Positions 37,320 through 49,555 of a DNA stretch of 64,000 bases are shown here, piece after piece. Source of the DNA: Carcharhinus longimanus (Eukaryota). The notes below the pieces were generated by a model that was given only the letters and a program-made list of their open reading frames with translations, did not search any database and had not been told where the DNA came from. The stretch is from assembly GCA_030264375.1 (NCBI GenBank), contig JASCQW010000128.1, positions 7,579,875-7,643,874 of the forward strand, in the 5' to 3' direction. The stretch's first letter is position 1. The number at the start of each line of letters is the position of its first letter. Made by a program: the position numbers and the translations under genes.

Positions 37320-37622
37320 AGTGGCATGGCGGCACAGTGGTCAGCACTGCTGCCTCACAGTGCTAGGGACCCGGGTTTGATTCCCACCTTGGGTCTGTGC
37401 GGAGTTTGCACGTTCTCCCCTTGTCTGTGTGAGTTTCCTTCAGGTGCTCCGTTTTCCTCCCACAGTCCAAAAGAGGCGTTGGTTAGGTGCATTGGCCATG
37501 GTAAATCCTCCCTTAGTATACCCGAACAGGCACTGAAGTGTGGTGACTAGGGGATTTTCATAGTAACTTCAATACAGTGTTAATGTCAGCCTACTTATGA
37601 TACTAATAAATAAACTTTGAAC
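37320..37622 (+). mobile_element. HE1 V-SINE, alternative tail
   Basis: Full copy ending GCCTACTTATGATACTAATAAATAAACTT. Confidence 0.9.
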
Positions 37623-37904
37623 TTAAACGTGGGCTTGTTTTAGGATTATTTCACTAGACTTAAACTTTTCTATATTCATTAAGTGATTACACACAATCTG
37701 TTTTATCTACAGTCACATTCACAGTTATTTTTAAAGTATTTTAATAGATTGCAGTGTATTTCTAGTTAGAGAAGTCGAGCTATGGAATAATGAGTGCATG
37801 GACTAGGCTTTCAGTGAAGAGGTCGAAACTGAATTCTGAGACGTGAAGATCGAGTACAGCTGTCTTAGTAACAGAATGGATGTGGGGAGGACACTTAATG
37901 ACAT

Positions 37905-38320
37905 GCGTCCACTGCGCTTGCCCTTGGCTCTGGGTCAGAAGGTTGTTGATTCAATCCTTTTTTCAGGTTTTAAGCATATAATTCAGGCTGACATTTCAGT
38001 TGATCAGTGCTGAGAGTGTGTTAGGTTATCAGAACTGCCATCATTTGAAGAGAATATTGAACTCAGGCCCTTCTATCTTTTCCAGTGGGTCAAATACTAA
38101 AGACTCCAAAATGCTATTCCAAAAAGAGCAGGAAAATCTCTGAGTCCTAGTCAACATTCTTCCTTCAGCCAGCACAACCAGGAGCAGATTCATTTCATTG
38201 CTGTGTGCAAAATTACCACATTGTCCACCGCCTACACAATAGTGGTGTCTAGAGCTCACATAAATCTGTTGTATGTTAAGTAAGACAAGGTCCCACATAA
38301 ATGAAAGTTCTTTCTTATGC
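37905..38320 (+). mobile_element. Deu-domain SINE (SacSINE1-like), old
   Basis: CTCTGGGTCAGAAGGTTG..CAGGCTGACA..AAGAGCAGGAA..GTCCTAGTCAACATTCTTCCTTCA..TTGCTGTGTGCAAA. Confidence 0.7.
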
Positions 38321-38549
38321 GTGACCTCAACTGTCTAGGCCTTAAACTCTGGAATTCCCACCCTTAACCTCACCAACTCTGCACCTCCTTCTCCTCTAAG
38401 TCACTCTTTGAAATCTACTGGCTTGATTAAACTTTTGGTCATTTGTCCTATTAACTCTTCGCACAGGATTGTCCCGAAACCATAAACTCCCACCCGAGCC
38501 AACAGACCTTTCCATTGTCTACCCCTTGCCTGCTTCAGGTGACAAAATA

Positions 38550-38845
38550 TCTCAGTGGTTAGCAATGCTGCCTCACAGTGCCAGGGACCTGGGTTCAATT
38601 CCTGGCTTGGGTCACTATCAGTGCAGAATCTGCACGTCCTCCATGTGTCTGCATGAGTTTCCTTTGGGTGCTCCGATTTCCTCCAAAAGACATGCTGGTT
38701 AGGTGCATTGATCATGCTAAATTCTCCCTCAGTGTACCCGAACAGGTGCCAGAGTATGGCAACGAGGGGATTTTCACAGTAACTTCATTGCAGTCTTAAT
38801 GTAAGCCTACCCGTGACACTAATAAATAAATCAACTTTGAAACTT
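38550..38845 (+). mobile_element. HE1 V-SINE, alternative tail
   Basis: Ends TAAGCCTACCCGTGACACTAATAAATAAATC. Confidence 0.9.
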
Positions 38846-39094
38846 TGATTCCTGTGGTGGGTTGAGCAGTAAAATTCCAGTATTTTTGTGGCTTAATGTA
38901 GAGAAATGAGAAGAGAGAGATTTTGGGGGCAATAATAAGAAGAGGACATGCATATTAAATGGTAAACGTTGAAAGGATTGCAGGAGCAACGGAACTGACC
39001 AATCTTAAAAAAGAAACATTGATTCTTAATTCTGGTAAATAGGACCATAGTGTACAACAACAAAAATTAAATGCTGAACCTGTAAAAATAGGTG

Positions 39095-39440
39095 AGGAGG
39101 TGGTGGAGTAGTCCTATTGTCACTAATAATCCAGGGACTCAGTAATGGTCCAGGGCAGTGGGTTTGAATCCCACCATGCCAGGCAGTGAAATTCAAATTC
39201 AATATAAATCTGAAATTAAAAGCCTAATTATTGATTGTTGTAAAAACCCAGCTGGTTCATTAATGTCCTTTCAGCAGGGAAATCTGTTGTCCTTACCTGG
39301 TCTGACTACATTTGACTCCAGAGCCACAACAATCTGGTTGACCTGAAATGAACTAGTAAGTCATTTCAAGGCAATTGGGGATGGGCAATAAATACTGGCC
39401 TCGCTAGCAATGAATGCAACACATGGATGAATAAAAAATA
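39095..39440 (+). mobile_element. Second tRNA-derived SINE family
   Basis: B-box-like GGGTTTGAATCCC; GGAAATCTG..CCTTACCTGGTCTG..TGACTCCAGA; tail GGGATGGGCAATAAAT. Confidence 0.75.
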
Positions 39441-39539
39441 CCTTTTTTGCACAAAGTTATAATGTCACGTCCACTTTTGAACAATTTATTTTGGGCTATG
39501 GAGGTTATGAAAGAGAGTCACACGGACAACATTTTTAAA

Positions 39540-39908
39540 ATTTTGTTCTTTTGTGGGATGTGGGAATTATTGTCCATCCCTAACTGCTTTTGACTGATCA
39601 GATCGGTAGGCCATTTAAGAGGGCAATTAAGAGTCAACCACATTGCTGTGCATCTGGAGTCACATATAGACCAGGTCAGGTAAGAATGGCAGATTTCCTT
39701 CCCCAAAAGACGTTAGTGAACCAGATGAGTTTTTACAACAATTGATGATATTTTTCTTGTTTGCCATCACTGAGACTAGCTTTTGTCTCTAAATTCTATT
39801 ACTTGGATTTAAATTCTACCAACTGCTATGGTGGGATTTGAACCTATGCCCCCTCAGGACTCTCGGTTATTAATCTTGTGACACTATCATTATGCCATCA
39901 TTTCTCCA
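39540..39908 (-). mobile_element. Second tRNA-derived SINE family, inverted relative to 39095
   Basis: TCTGGAGTCACAT..GGTAAGAATGGCAGATTTCC..ATGGTGGGATTTGAACC. Confidence 0.75.
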
Positions 39909-40910
39909 CTAAAAATAGGAATGAGATATTTCAATTGTGCTGAGAAAAAAGAGGGAGATTAGAGCAAATATCAGTCAAAAGGGACCTGATGGAGATATTC
40001 AAAGTTATGAAGAGTTCCAATAGTATAAAGTGGGAAGAATTATTTCCATTGGTGAGTTGTTAAATAATTATAACATAAATGTAAGATTAGAATGAAAGAA
40101 TTCAAAAGTTTCTTTTACAGAGAAGATTCTGAAATGAAAAATCCTTTTAGAAGAAACGGTGAAAGCTGAATTCTTAACAGCTTTTGAAATGAAAGAAAGC
40201 AAGTTCTTTAAAAGTCAATAACTTGTAATTTGACATTTTATTCATTCCATTTAACAGAATATTTTTACCATTTCATTTCTTCATTTGTATTTCCAGTATA
40301 AATTTAAGTTCTCTCATTTCTATGTCGGTTCTTTTCTTTTGCACTTGGAATTAAGGTCACCACATTAAACACCGATAATTCCCTTCAGTATAAAACAAGT
40401 ATAAAATGAATATGCAAACATGAGGTACATATTTTCACCACAATTCAAAATGTGCTAGGAATGTTGCAGAACAGTACACAAACTTTTTTTTTAAATGGCA
40501 TGGGAGATTTAATTTGTCCTGTTAAGAAAATAATTGTAAGCTGATTACATAATTAAAATACATCCAATTTATAATGAAACCATTAGTCCTCATGAATTGC
40601 TTCCATGATGTGATTTAAGTAATTAATTTATACAAGTTACAGTGACCTCTAGTGCTTGTGTACGAGGGGTAAAGAACCGCTAAAGTAGCACGAACTTTAT
40701 CCTTTAGTAAGTGATTTGGTGGGATTAGCATTCCCTTTTAATAGTATTGTATGGAAGGAGATTGTACATCAAAATCCTATACAGCAATTAGAAATATGTT
40801 TAGTTCTTTAGTCTGAAATTTGATGTCTGTGAGGTTCTATACGGGTATCTCGCCGCTTCATTTGCCACTACCTTGAAAGTTATAAAATTCTATACACATC
40901 TCGTAAATAT

Positions 40911-41048
40911 GGGCTAGAATTCTCCAGCTGTTCAGTCCAATGGGATTCTTCTGTTCTGCTGCAGTGAATGGATATTTGGCTGAGCGCCAAATTCTCCATT
41001 CTCACTTGCAGTGACAGCGGGACACAAACGGTTGGAGAATTCCAGCTC
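40911..41048. mobile_element. MITE, 138 bp, Harbinger-like
   Basis: TIRs GGGCTAGAATTCTCCA / TGGAGAATTCCAGCTC (14 of 16 complementary). Confidence 0.75.
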
Positions 41049-43587
41049 TGAATTAAACACTACAGAAATAAATAAGGCTTGCTTGCTCCAATGTAAACAT
41101 CTTGTTAGTATTGTAGTGAGCATTAATTGTTGCCAAATAATCTCTCTGAAACTTAAAATTTGTTTTTGCAAGTGTGGAGTTTCATTCCTGCATGCGTTAA
41201 TTACTATTGGATTTTGTTTTAAATGTTGAACTCTACCTTTCAGTCTGTTTTCTATCACACTCCCTCCTAATCTAATTTTTGCCTTCGTTTTCTTTTCCAT
41301 ATCTGATCTGACATTGAATTAAATATTCTAAGTCACCCATCCTTGCTCAAACTCTCTCCAATAAAGGAGACACACAGCTATTTGCCCTGTTCACAGATTC
41401 CAGATAATCTGAAGAGGGTGCTGCACTTTTTTAGATGCTTGGGTAACAGTAAATTCCAATGCAAAAGCTCATGGAAAGCCTGTGAGCAAGTGCAATTTTC
41501 ATTTATCAGTGACTCCAGCTATCTAAACAACGATTTCCGCCATCCTTTTATGGTTTTTACTGATCCTTAAGATAGGCGATGAAATGTCTTGAATGTATTC
41601 ATGTAAATTACACTGAAGGTTAGACTTTTGCAAAGCTATGGTATGCAATTTTATTTTAAAATTCCAATGAAATGCTATTCCCTTGTGTAAAGTTATTCGT
41701 GCACCGTGAGTACCTAACCAAGATTCTGTGCAAGTGAACTGACTCAGGGCGCGATCTTACCTGCCGTTCACGCCATGTTCTTGCTGCACCAAAGTGGGAA
41801 AATTCGGTGCCTATCTCCATTCGTTATGGCGGGAAAATCTTTTGTCCATGCCACTTTAGTATCTACTACAAAGACTTGCTGCTCATTTTTGGCTGTTTAA
41901 TTGCCTCATTCCCACTCTTGGGTGTCTCATCATAGCATGGATGTAATTGAGGTTTAGCGTGTACTCAGATTGTTGGATGGACAATTACACAGCATTTCAG
42001 TATGTTGTATTAATGTTATTTTAATGCTGTGAAGAATTTCCAGAACATTGTGACCAATGTTCGAATCTTCAGAAAGTACAACATAGAAATATAAATCCTT
42101 GATGTGAATTTTTTGAATTCTGGTGGTGGGTTGTTTGACCCTAAATATATGTTGCTTTGTGAAAAACATAACTGCAATAATACAAGTCTATATCTTGTCT
42201 TAAATAAAAAGCTTTCTGGGCAGCAGTAACCCGCATTTCTGTCTGTATCTCCACTTCTTTTTACGCAAATGATAATATTAGGCATTTGTGTGGCATCTGA
42301 AGTGTTCACGAAACAGATGGATTTCATTGAAATTTCTGCAAAACCTTGAGATAAACAAGAGAAAAATAACAGGCAACAATCTGTGACAGCAAAGGACATT
42401 TGGGGCTTACTAGAGGCAAGTGAAAGGGTCTAGGCGATATGAAGCTAAGATCTGTATTAGATAAAGAGATGAGGTTACCCAGACTCCACGCCCTGCCTGC
42501 TGTATTATTATTTCAAGCTGAGCTTTAAGATGACATTCTGTTTAAAAAAAAAATGTACATTTATGAGGTCACTGCCGAGCAGACCTGAACCAAGCATGTG
42601 GCATCTGGCTTGCAACCTTTGAAGGCTAATTGGTCATGAAGCTTGTTTGGCTAAACGGATGACAACACGACTGTTTACCAGCAGGAGTTCATTATCACCC
42701 TGGATGATGTATGTGGAAAAAGTTAAAAAGAAAACAGCAAAAGTCGTCAACACCAGAATTGATGAGGCACACTCAGAGGGATTCTTTGTGAGAAGTTACA
42801 TATTTGGGTGGAAATATTAATAATAGTGAAGAATTAGAGTCTTTGGAAAATAACTGATTATCAAAGGTTCCTTCAGTTTTTTTTATATGTGCATTTTTGC
42901 AGAACATCTACAAACACACTCCCAATCACAAATATTATAATTATTAGAATTCGAATGAGCAGGATTTATGGAGGAAATTCCCCTCACAAGGGCCAGGCAG
43001 CAGGCCGTGCCTGACTGGAAATTAATCCCATCGGGGTTCCTGAAAATGGTTGCAGTTGCCACTGGTTTTCCAGCCGTGACCATTAAATCCCACCCATTAT
43101 CTAGGTTGGCACAACTGCTCATTAACAAGGGGCCGCTACATTGTGTCTTTTCATTGAGAGGATAGAAATTGGTCATTGTTATGCTGTTCCCAGGTTAAAA
43201 TCAAGATTAAGAAGTACCAATTTTTGAAGAGCTACGCCCTGCATTCCAAAGGTGCTTAAAAAATATTCGGAGCACTATTGGCCTTGGATCACTACTTTAA
43301 AAATTGAGTGCAATGGCCTAAAGCAGATATTAGCACAGCATGGTGATAAGGCAGGTATGAGGGAGCAGAGTGTTTCGCCTATTGTGGGCGGTCCTAGGGG
43401 CGATCGGGTGGCGGGGGGTGGTCCAGCCTCTCAGCACCAGGGATCTGGGTTAGGTTCTCGAGTTGGACCACTGTCTGTGTGGAGTTTGCACATTCTCCCC
43501 GTGTCTGAGTGGGTTACCTCCGGGTGCTCTGGTTTCCTCCCACATTCCAAAGATGTGCAAGTTAGGTGGATGCTAAATTGACCCTTA

Positions 43588-44763
43588 GGCCACAATTCTC
43601 CCATTGTGACCCGCAACTTTTCCGTCGGGTCGCAGTGGGAGATGTGTGTTGCCAGCCTTGAACAGGGATCTGTGCATCGCCGGGAACGCGTGCACATATC
43701 GTAGAACCGGCGAATAATCGCCTGTCAGACAACACTGGGAACTGACGGGAGGGCAGGTAAGTAATTTAAATATTCTTTTAATATATTTTAAATATGTTTA
43801 ATAGTTCATTATCGGGGCCGTTCAGGTCCTGATCAAATCTCCCACCCCGCTAGGAGTATTTCATTCCAGAGGGGTTCAGAGTAGCTCCCCACATTCGGGG
43901 AACTGGTGAAAGATCCCGCTGGAATGAAAGGTGGGGGGTCAATTGCCCCCCCCCCAAGAGGGTCGGGCAGCAGGAGAGGTGGTGCCCCCTGGGCTTGAAC
44001 ACCTTGACAGTGCAGCCTGTGCCCCCGGCACTGCCCAAGGGGCAAATTGCCCATGCCCTGNNNNNNNNNNNNNNNNNNNNNNNNNNNNNNNNNNNNNNNN
44101 NNNNNNNNNNNNNNNNNNNNNNNNNNNNNNNNNNNNNNNNNNNNNNNNNNNNNNNNNNNNNNNNNNNNNNNNNNNNNNNNNNNNNNNNNNNNNNNNNNNN
44201 NNNNNNNNNNNNNNNNNNNNNNNNNNNNNNNNNNNNNNNNNNNNNNNNNNNNNNNNNNNNNNNNNNNNNNNNNNNNNNNNNNNNNNNNNNNNNNNNNNNN
44301 NNNNNNNNNNNNNNNNNNNNNNNNNNNNNNNNNNNNNNNNNNNNNNNNNNNNNNNNNNNNNNNNNNNNNNNNNNNNNNNNNNNNNNNNNNNNNNNNNNCA
44401 GGGCTGGCCCGGGAATTGCTGTGGGGGCAGCGTTCGGGCCGGGGGGCATTGGAGGGCCTGCACTGCAGTGGTCCCAGGCTGGCCAGCAAATGGGGAGACC
44501 GGGACCACTGCTCATGAGCAGAGTTCTCGAACTGTCAGACTCTGGTGCAGATAGCCCTGTGTCCCCGGATTTTTAATGAGATTCGCGACTGGGACCTCTG
44601 CAGTAAGAAGTCTCTCAACACCAGTGCTTACTGTGCTTACCCCAGTACAACGCTGGCATCTCCACATCTCCTCTGCAGTGCAGAGATTCAGGTGAGAAGA
44701 TTAATGGACAGAACAGTCAGGATTTAGAACAGTTTTCCCACCAATTTTTTGGGAGAATTGCCC
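43588..44763. mobile_element. Non-autonomous DNA transposon, probably PIF/Harbinger
   Basis: TIR core CAATTCTCCCA / TGGGAGAATTG; inserted after TTA; interior homologous (reverse) to 13300-13600. Confidence 0.75.
44595..44679 (+). mobile_element. Penelope-like family A fragment with 5' inversion and 10-bp TSD
   Basis: CCTCTGCAGT at 44595-44604 and 44670-44679; inverted AGTAAGAAGTCTCTCAACACCAG then CTTACTGTGCTTACCCCAGT..GGCATCTCCACATC. Confidence 0.75.
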
Positions 44764-45480
44764 TCTTTGTGCGAGGGGAAACTAGCTAGAGTAAATGCAT
44801 GAGGTTATGAAGATAGAGCTTGGTTGGGATTGTGGTCAGTGCAGACTTGAGGGGCTGAATGGCTTCCTTCTGCAGTGTAGGATTCTATGATCAGGCCCCA
44901 TACATGGTAATAAGGAGCTCAGAACCTATTTTGGGGCCAAGTGGGGTCTCTGCCAACTTGTGATTCACCCACTGTCTTCTCTGTCACTTCATACCCCTCC
45001 CAGACTTACCCAAAGACTGCGGCCAATGTGGCAACTGGCTCAAATTCAGCTGTTGAAAGGGACAAGCTGCCATGGGATTCCCCACAAAGACATTGGCAGT
45101 TTACCCAAATTGTCAAGCCTGAAGGTGGGGAATAACTGCCAGCGATGCTTAATTCTGGACCCAAATGAATTTCTATATCAAAACATGGATCTCAATCTCA
45201 TGTTCATGTGGACACAAGATTCCAAGCTTTATATGCAGGTGAGTTTGGACCTTTGGTCCCCAAAACTTTCCACAAGGTGGATTTTCCTCAATATGCCTGT
45301 GTCTGTTTTAAACTCTTTGCTGGAGATTGATAGAGATATAAGCTGGCATATTACTGGCATATCCATCCCGGAATCAGGATGGGCGCAGCTCGCAGAACAG
45401 AATTATCCATTGTCCTGGGGCAGGATTTTACGAACCTCGCCCTAGCGAGGTTGTTGATGCACAGTCAGGAAATTTCACTG

Positions 45481-45552
45481 TTCCCTATTGGGGAATTGAA
45501 CCCTGGTCTTCCACATGACAGGTGGGGATACGGACCACTATACTAACGAGGA
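45481..45552 (-). tRNA. tRNA-Asp(GTC)-derived sequence, probable pseudogene
   Basis: Reverse complement TCCTCGTTAGTATAGTGGTCCGTATCCCCACCTGTCATGTGGAAGACCAGGGTTCAATTCCCCAATAGGGAA is 72 nt and collinear with vertebrate tRNA-Asp; most changes are CpG transitions; no oligo-T terminator downstream. Confidence 0.88.
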
Positions 45553-45768
45553 AGTGCAAATATAGTAAACTTTAGTGTTAAATTTGTCGGAGGGTGAGGT
45601 GTTCCAAGAAGCATTGATGCATGTTTATCAGGTCTGGTGGGGGGGCAATTTTTCACATGTACAGTTTGCTGGGTGAGTCATTCCCTCAGGTGTACACTTG
45701 CTATTGCAATGAAAGGGTGTTGAAATTGGAGGTTTGTTTTGGGATCCCCAATGCATTTTGCAATTTAA

Positions 45769-45805
45769 TTCACCTGATGAAGGGGTAGCGCTCCGCAAGC
45801 TTGTG
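45769..45805 (+). ncRNA. Minimal type I hammerhead ribozyme motif, degenerate (GAAA->GCAA)
   Basis: CAC-CTGATGA-A-GGGG TAGCG CTCC-GCAA-GC-TT-GTG; sister copy at 49484 retains CCGAAAGCTTGTG. Confidence 0.65.
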
Positions 45806-45860
45806 CTACCAAATAAACTGTTGAACTTTAACCTGGTGTTGTGGGACTTCTCGCTGCTCT
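45769..45860 (+). mobile_element. Penelope-like terminal repeat, family A
   Basis: Hammerhead followed by CTACCAAATAAACTGTTGAACTTTAACCTGGTGTTGTGGGACTTCT. Confidence 0.7.
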
Positions 45861-46335
45861 GCAACTTAAATGAAAGGGATGAGCTCATGTGGACATCAAT
45901 AGAAGATGAGGCTCATTCCCATTGGTACCCCATTACCCACAGATATATATCCCAACAGTTCAGCTTCAACATGTCAGAAGAGATTTGACTCCATTCCCAA
46001 GTTATTTTTCATATGTTAACATAGAGCTATACTACCTATGTGAGGGAGAACTGCTGAAAATGTCAATCAAGGCTGAGAAATTTACCATAGCGCTTAGGTT
46101 GTTCTGCTGTTGGAATCTTCCATGCACCCAGAGGAGACATCTGCCAAATCAACTCATCATCATCCAAGTAGCCACATTTGCAGGAAACAGCACCTTTTCC
46201 ATGGAAAGCAGGCTCCAGTCAGACAGCTGGAGGTAACTTTGGATGGCACAAATACAAAGATTTCAGAAAGTAGATGGTAATCAAGTGGGCACGAGGATTC
46301 CTCGCGTAAACTCCATTAGCTACAAACAGTTCTGG

Positions 46336-46645
46336 AATCATAGAATCCTACAGTGCAGCAGGAGAACATTCAGCTATCAAGACAATCCCATCCAGCCTCT
46401 ATCCCTGTAACCCAACATATTTTACCCTGTTAATCTCCCTAACACTAAGGGCGAATTTAACATGGCCATCAACCTAACCTGCACATTTTTGGACTGAGAG
46501 GAAACTACAGCACCCAGAGGAAACCCATGCAGACACAGGGAGAATGTGTAAACTCCACACAGACAGTGACCTGAGATCAGAATTGAACCCGAATCCCTGG
46601 CGCTGTAAGGCAGCGGTGCTAACTAATCTGCCACCATGCCATCCA
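46336..46645 (-). mobile_element. HE1 V-SINE
   Basis: AATCATAGAATCCTACAGTGCAG..GAGGAAACCCATGCAGACAC..GGCAGCGGTGCTAAC. Confidence 0.9.
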
Positions 46646-48039
46646 GGTGTCTTCAAACAATAAGATTGACCATCTGGCATCATATCTGAAACACATATCT
46701 GAGGTGATTGACAAGTCAGAAAATTATGATGATGTGCACAATGTGATGAAGAATGGTGAGCACTTGTGTCACATCATTAATCTCATGGAAAATATAAACT
46801 TCACACTTTTATTGATTTTGCTGAGGAGAATATAAAATTGATGATATCTTCTCAAAAAGAATTAATTACAGAAAGGCTGTATTTTTATTGTGTAATCTTT
46901 ATTGAGATTTTGCTGACAGTTTGCAGTCTTTATACACCCCATGCTTGAACTTAACCTGACAAGTTATTTTCATTGTTTGGCCACATTTTGTATGAATAAT
47001 ATATAAATAAAAGAATTATTCATTAAAATTTTATAAGATTTCCTAAACCAGAGATCTCAGGATAGTATTTACACAAATGTCAACCTTTGTTTAAAAACAT
47101 GTCAGTCAAGTGTTTAAACAGTAGGGATTGTATCAACTGTATAATAAGACAGGGAGAAATAAGAAATAAGACAGGGGGTGTATATAACTAAAAGTACGAC
47201 ATGGGATGCCAGCTAGTTATGCCCTCCGCGTGCAGAACCAGGTGCAGAATTCCACTATTCTTAATCAGTTACAAACTAATGCAACTCATTGGGAAAACTA
47301 TGAGACAGAAGCTCAAGGAATGCAGGCTGGGCACCTGGGATTCTCGAGAACATGCTGACTACAGGTTTGTGTGAGGTCCCAAGATGAAAAGTTGTGGTTG
47401 ACAGAACGGAACATCGTCAAGGTTGAACAGAGCAGGAGAGAAGATTAAATGAATTGAAACTGGTGGTTAGGTTAGAATTAATTCAATCATTAAGATCTAG
47501 GTATTCTATTTCAAACACATAGGGATGCTTTGCTTTAATATTTTGAGGTGAAAAAACAATTTTTTGTGGCATGGAAGGAAAGCATGCAACTGGCAGGAGA
47601 TAGCCTGCTGCCTCTGTGATATCAGGTGAGATCTCTCAGTAGCATTTGGTGTCTTTGCTGTCAAAACGGATCAAAAGAAAATAGAAGAGAACAATAAGGC
47701 TGTAATATAGACAGCTAAGTGAGAATGTCAACAGTAGATAATTTAAAATTAATTCCATCAGTTTTAAAATTTAAGAATTGAAATCAGTTATTGAAAAGTA
47801 GATTTTTTATGAGACTTATTCAAAGAACAAAGGGCAATTATTATGTCATGACTGAGGAAGGAATGAGCACAAGAAAGCAAATGAAGGGAATCAAAATGAA
47901 GTGGCTATTTTGACGTTCATGACAAATTCCCATTAAACCCATTAATTTTCCCCATGAACATATTTTAAACTTGGGGCAGCATGCTGACTGCTTGGATTGG
48001 GGGAGCTCAAAGCTCAGACTGGTTGAAAGGTAAAGGGCA

Positions 48040-48245
48040 AGAGTCTGTGGCCTCCACACGGTATGTTTCTCGGCAGGAGAAGGTGGGGCCCGCTGTTGGC
48101 AGATCTTCTGGTCCTGCTGCTGTCAATGGGATTCCCTATTGAATTCACCGGGAAACCTGCGGCAGGCGGTGAGGGGTGGGGGGGAGGGTGGAGGGTGGAG
48201 TGCCATCGGTAACAGGCGTGAGCAGCGGAAGATGTGGTCCAAAGA
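48040..48245. mobile_element. MITE-like remnant
   Basis: GC-rich island; GTCAATGGG..ATTGA core and GAAACCTGC.G shared with 7810-7960. Confidence 0.4.
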
Positions 48246-48769
48246 GTCTTAAAAAATACAGTGCTAGGTTTCAATGAATGGGAAGACCATTTGGTTGAAG
48301 TATCCTGCTCCATTGGTTATCTTCATAACTCTTACTTCTGGGGCAGTCACTTAGCTGATATAGGACTACACCCGCACTGACAGGAGATACAGATCCCACT
48401 GATGCTTGCAGCAGCAATTGGGATGATCTGCCTCGGGAATGTCTCAAGAGAGTTCAACCAATGTAATTCAGATGGGTAAAAGCCTGCCCCCTTTCCGGCA
48501 CAAGTTAAGAGGGTGCCAATCATGTGTTCAGAAAAACACAGTGAAACATTTTAATGGAAATTAGTTACCCCTGACCTTGATGATATTTCAGTAACATTGA
48601 TATAACTCTTTTCGCAGGGTGAAAACCTTTAGTGGAAATTACATTTTACAGCTCATATTTCATATAAAACCATTTTCTCTGGATTATCATAATTCTTGCA
48701 CCGTCAAGAACCCCACTAATGTTAAACGTGAGGGTATCCCGAAACCCAGTAGGGTGACTTGGAACACTG

Positions 48770-49379
48770 GGGTCGGGGGAGAATTCACCCAGCCCGCCGC
48801 ATTGCTAGAGCAGCACAGTGGGCTGGGAAACTTAAGCGCAGGCCATGTAACAGGCTTCCCATTGGGCTCCATGACTTTGTGCATCTCTGGCCTCCAGAAA
48901 CCAGTGTGTAGCTGAATAAATTATTCAAATACTGATTTAAATCTCATTAGTATGCCCGGACNNNNNNNNNNCCGGACTGAAGTCTCTGGGCCCGCTAGCG
49001 TGTCCCCTCCCCTCCTCCCCCCTGCCAAGAGTGTTTCACTCCAGCAGTGTTTACAACAGCTCCCCAGCAGTGGAAAGGAGCCAGGAAGTGAAGGTGGGGG
49101 GACCATGGAGGCTCCCTGGAGGTCAGGGGTAAGGTGGGGTGCCCTCAGAGCCAGACTGCCCAAGGGAAAATGTTGCAGTGCCAAGGGAGCACCTTGGCAC
49201 TGCCCACCCGGCATTGGTAGTGCCAAGGGGGCAGGGTCAAAAGGGATGGGGCCTCTGTGGGGAGGAGATTGATGGGAGTGCGGGCTCCTGCTGTCAATTT
49301 GTATTTGTGACAGAGGGCGAGAGGCCAGTTATCAGGGTTGGCCATCAGGGTACTGGTGTGGTGGGGAGGGGGGATGTTT
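48770..49379. mobile_element. Non-autonomous DNA transposon fragment (Harbinger-like family)
   Basis: GGACTGAAGTCTCTGGGCCC..GAGTGTTTCACTCCAGCAG..CCATGGAGGC shared with 18915 and 52085. Confidence 0.65.
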
Positions 49380-49479
49380 NNNNNNNNNNNNNNNNNNNNN
49401 NNNNNNNNNNNNNNNNNNNNNNNNNNNNNNNNNNNNNNNNNNNNNNNNNNNNNNNNNNNNNNNNNNNNNNNNNNNNNNN

Positions 49480-49555
49480 TAACCCGAAAGCTTGTGAGTA
49501 TATTATCAAATAAATAGGTTGGACTAAAACCTGGTGTTGTCAGACTTTTTACTGT
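49480..49555 (+). mobile_element. Penelope-like family A fragment with 3' half of the hammerhead
   Basis: CCGAAAGCTTGTGAG..ATCAAATAAATAGGTTGGACTAAAACCTGGTGTTGTCAGACTTTTTAC; 5' half lost in the N gap. Confidence 0.7.

Larger units (their letters stand above)
43395..44892 (+). mobile_element. HE1 V-SINE split by a DNA transposon
   Basis: 5' part ends GCTAAATTGACCCTTA at 43587; 3' part resumes about 44765 and ends GTAGGATTCTATGA. Confidence 0.85.

Noticed and set aside
46647-46755. Open frame bounded by CAG and ATG|GTGAGC
   Set aside because: The acceptor derives from an antisense SINE end and the peptide is unrecognised.
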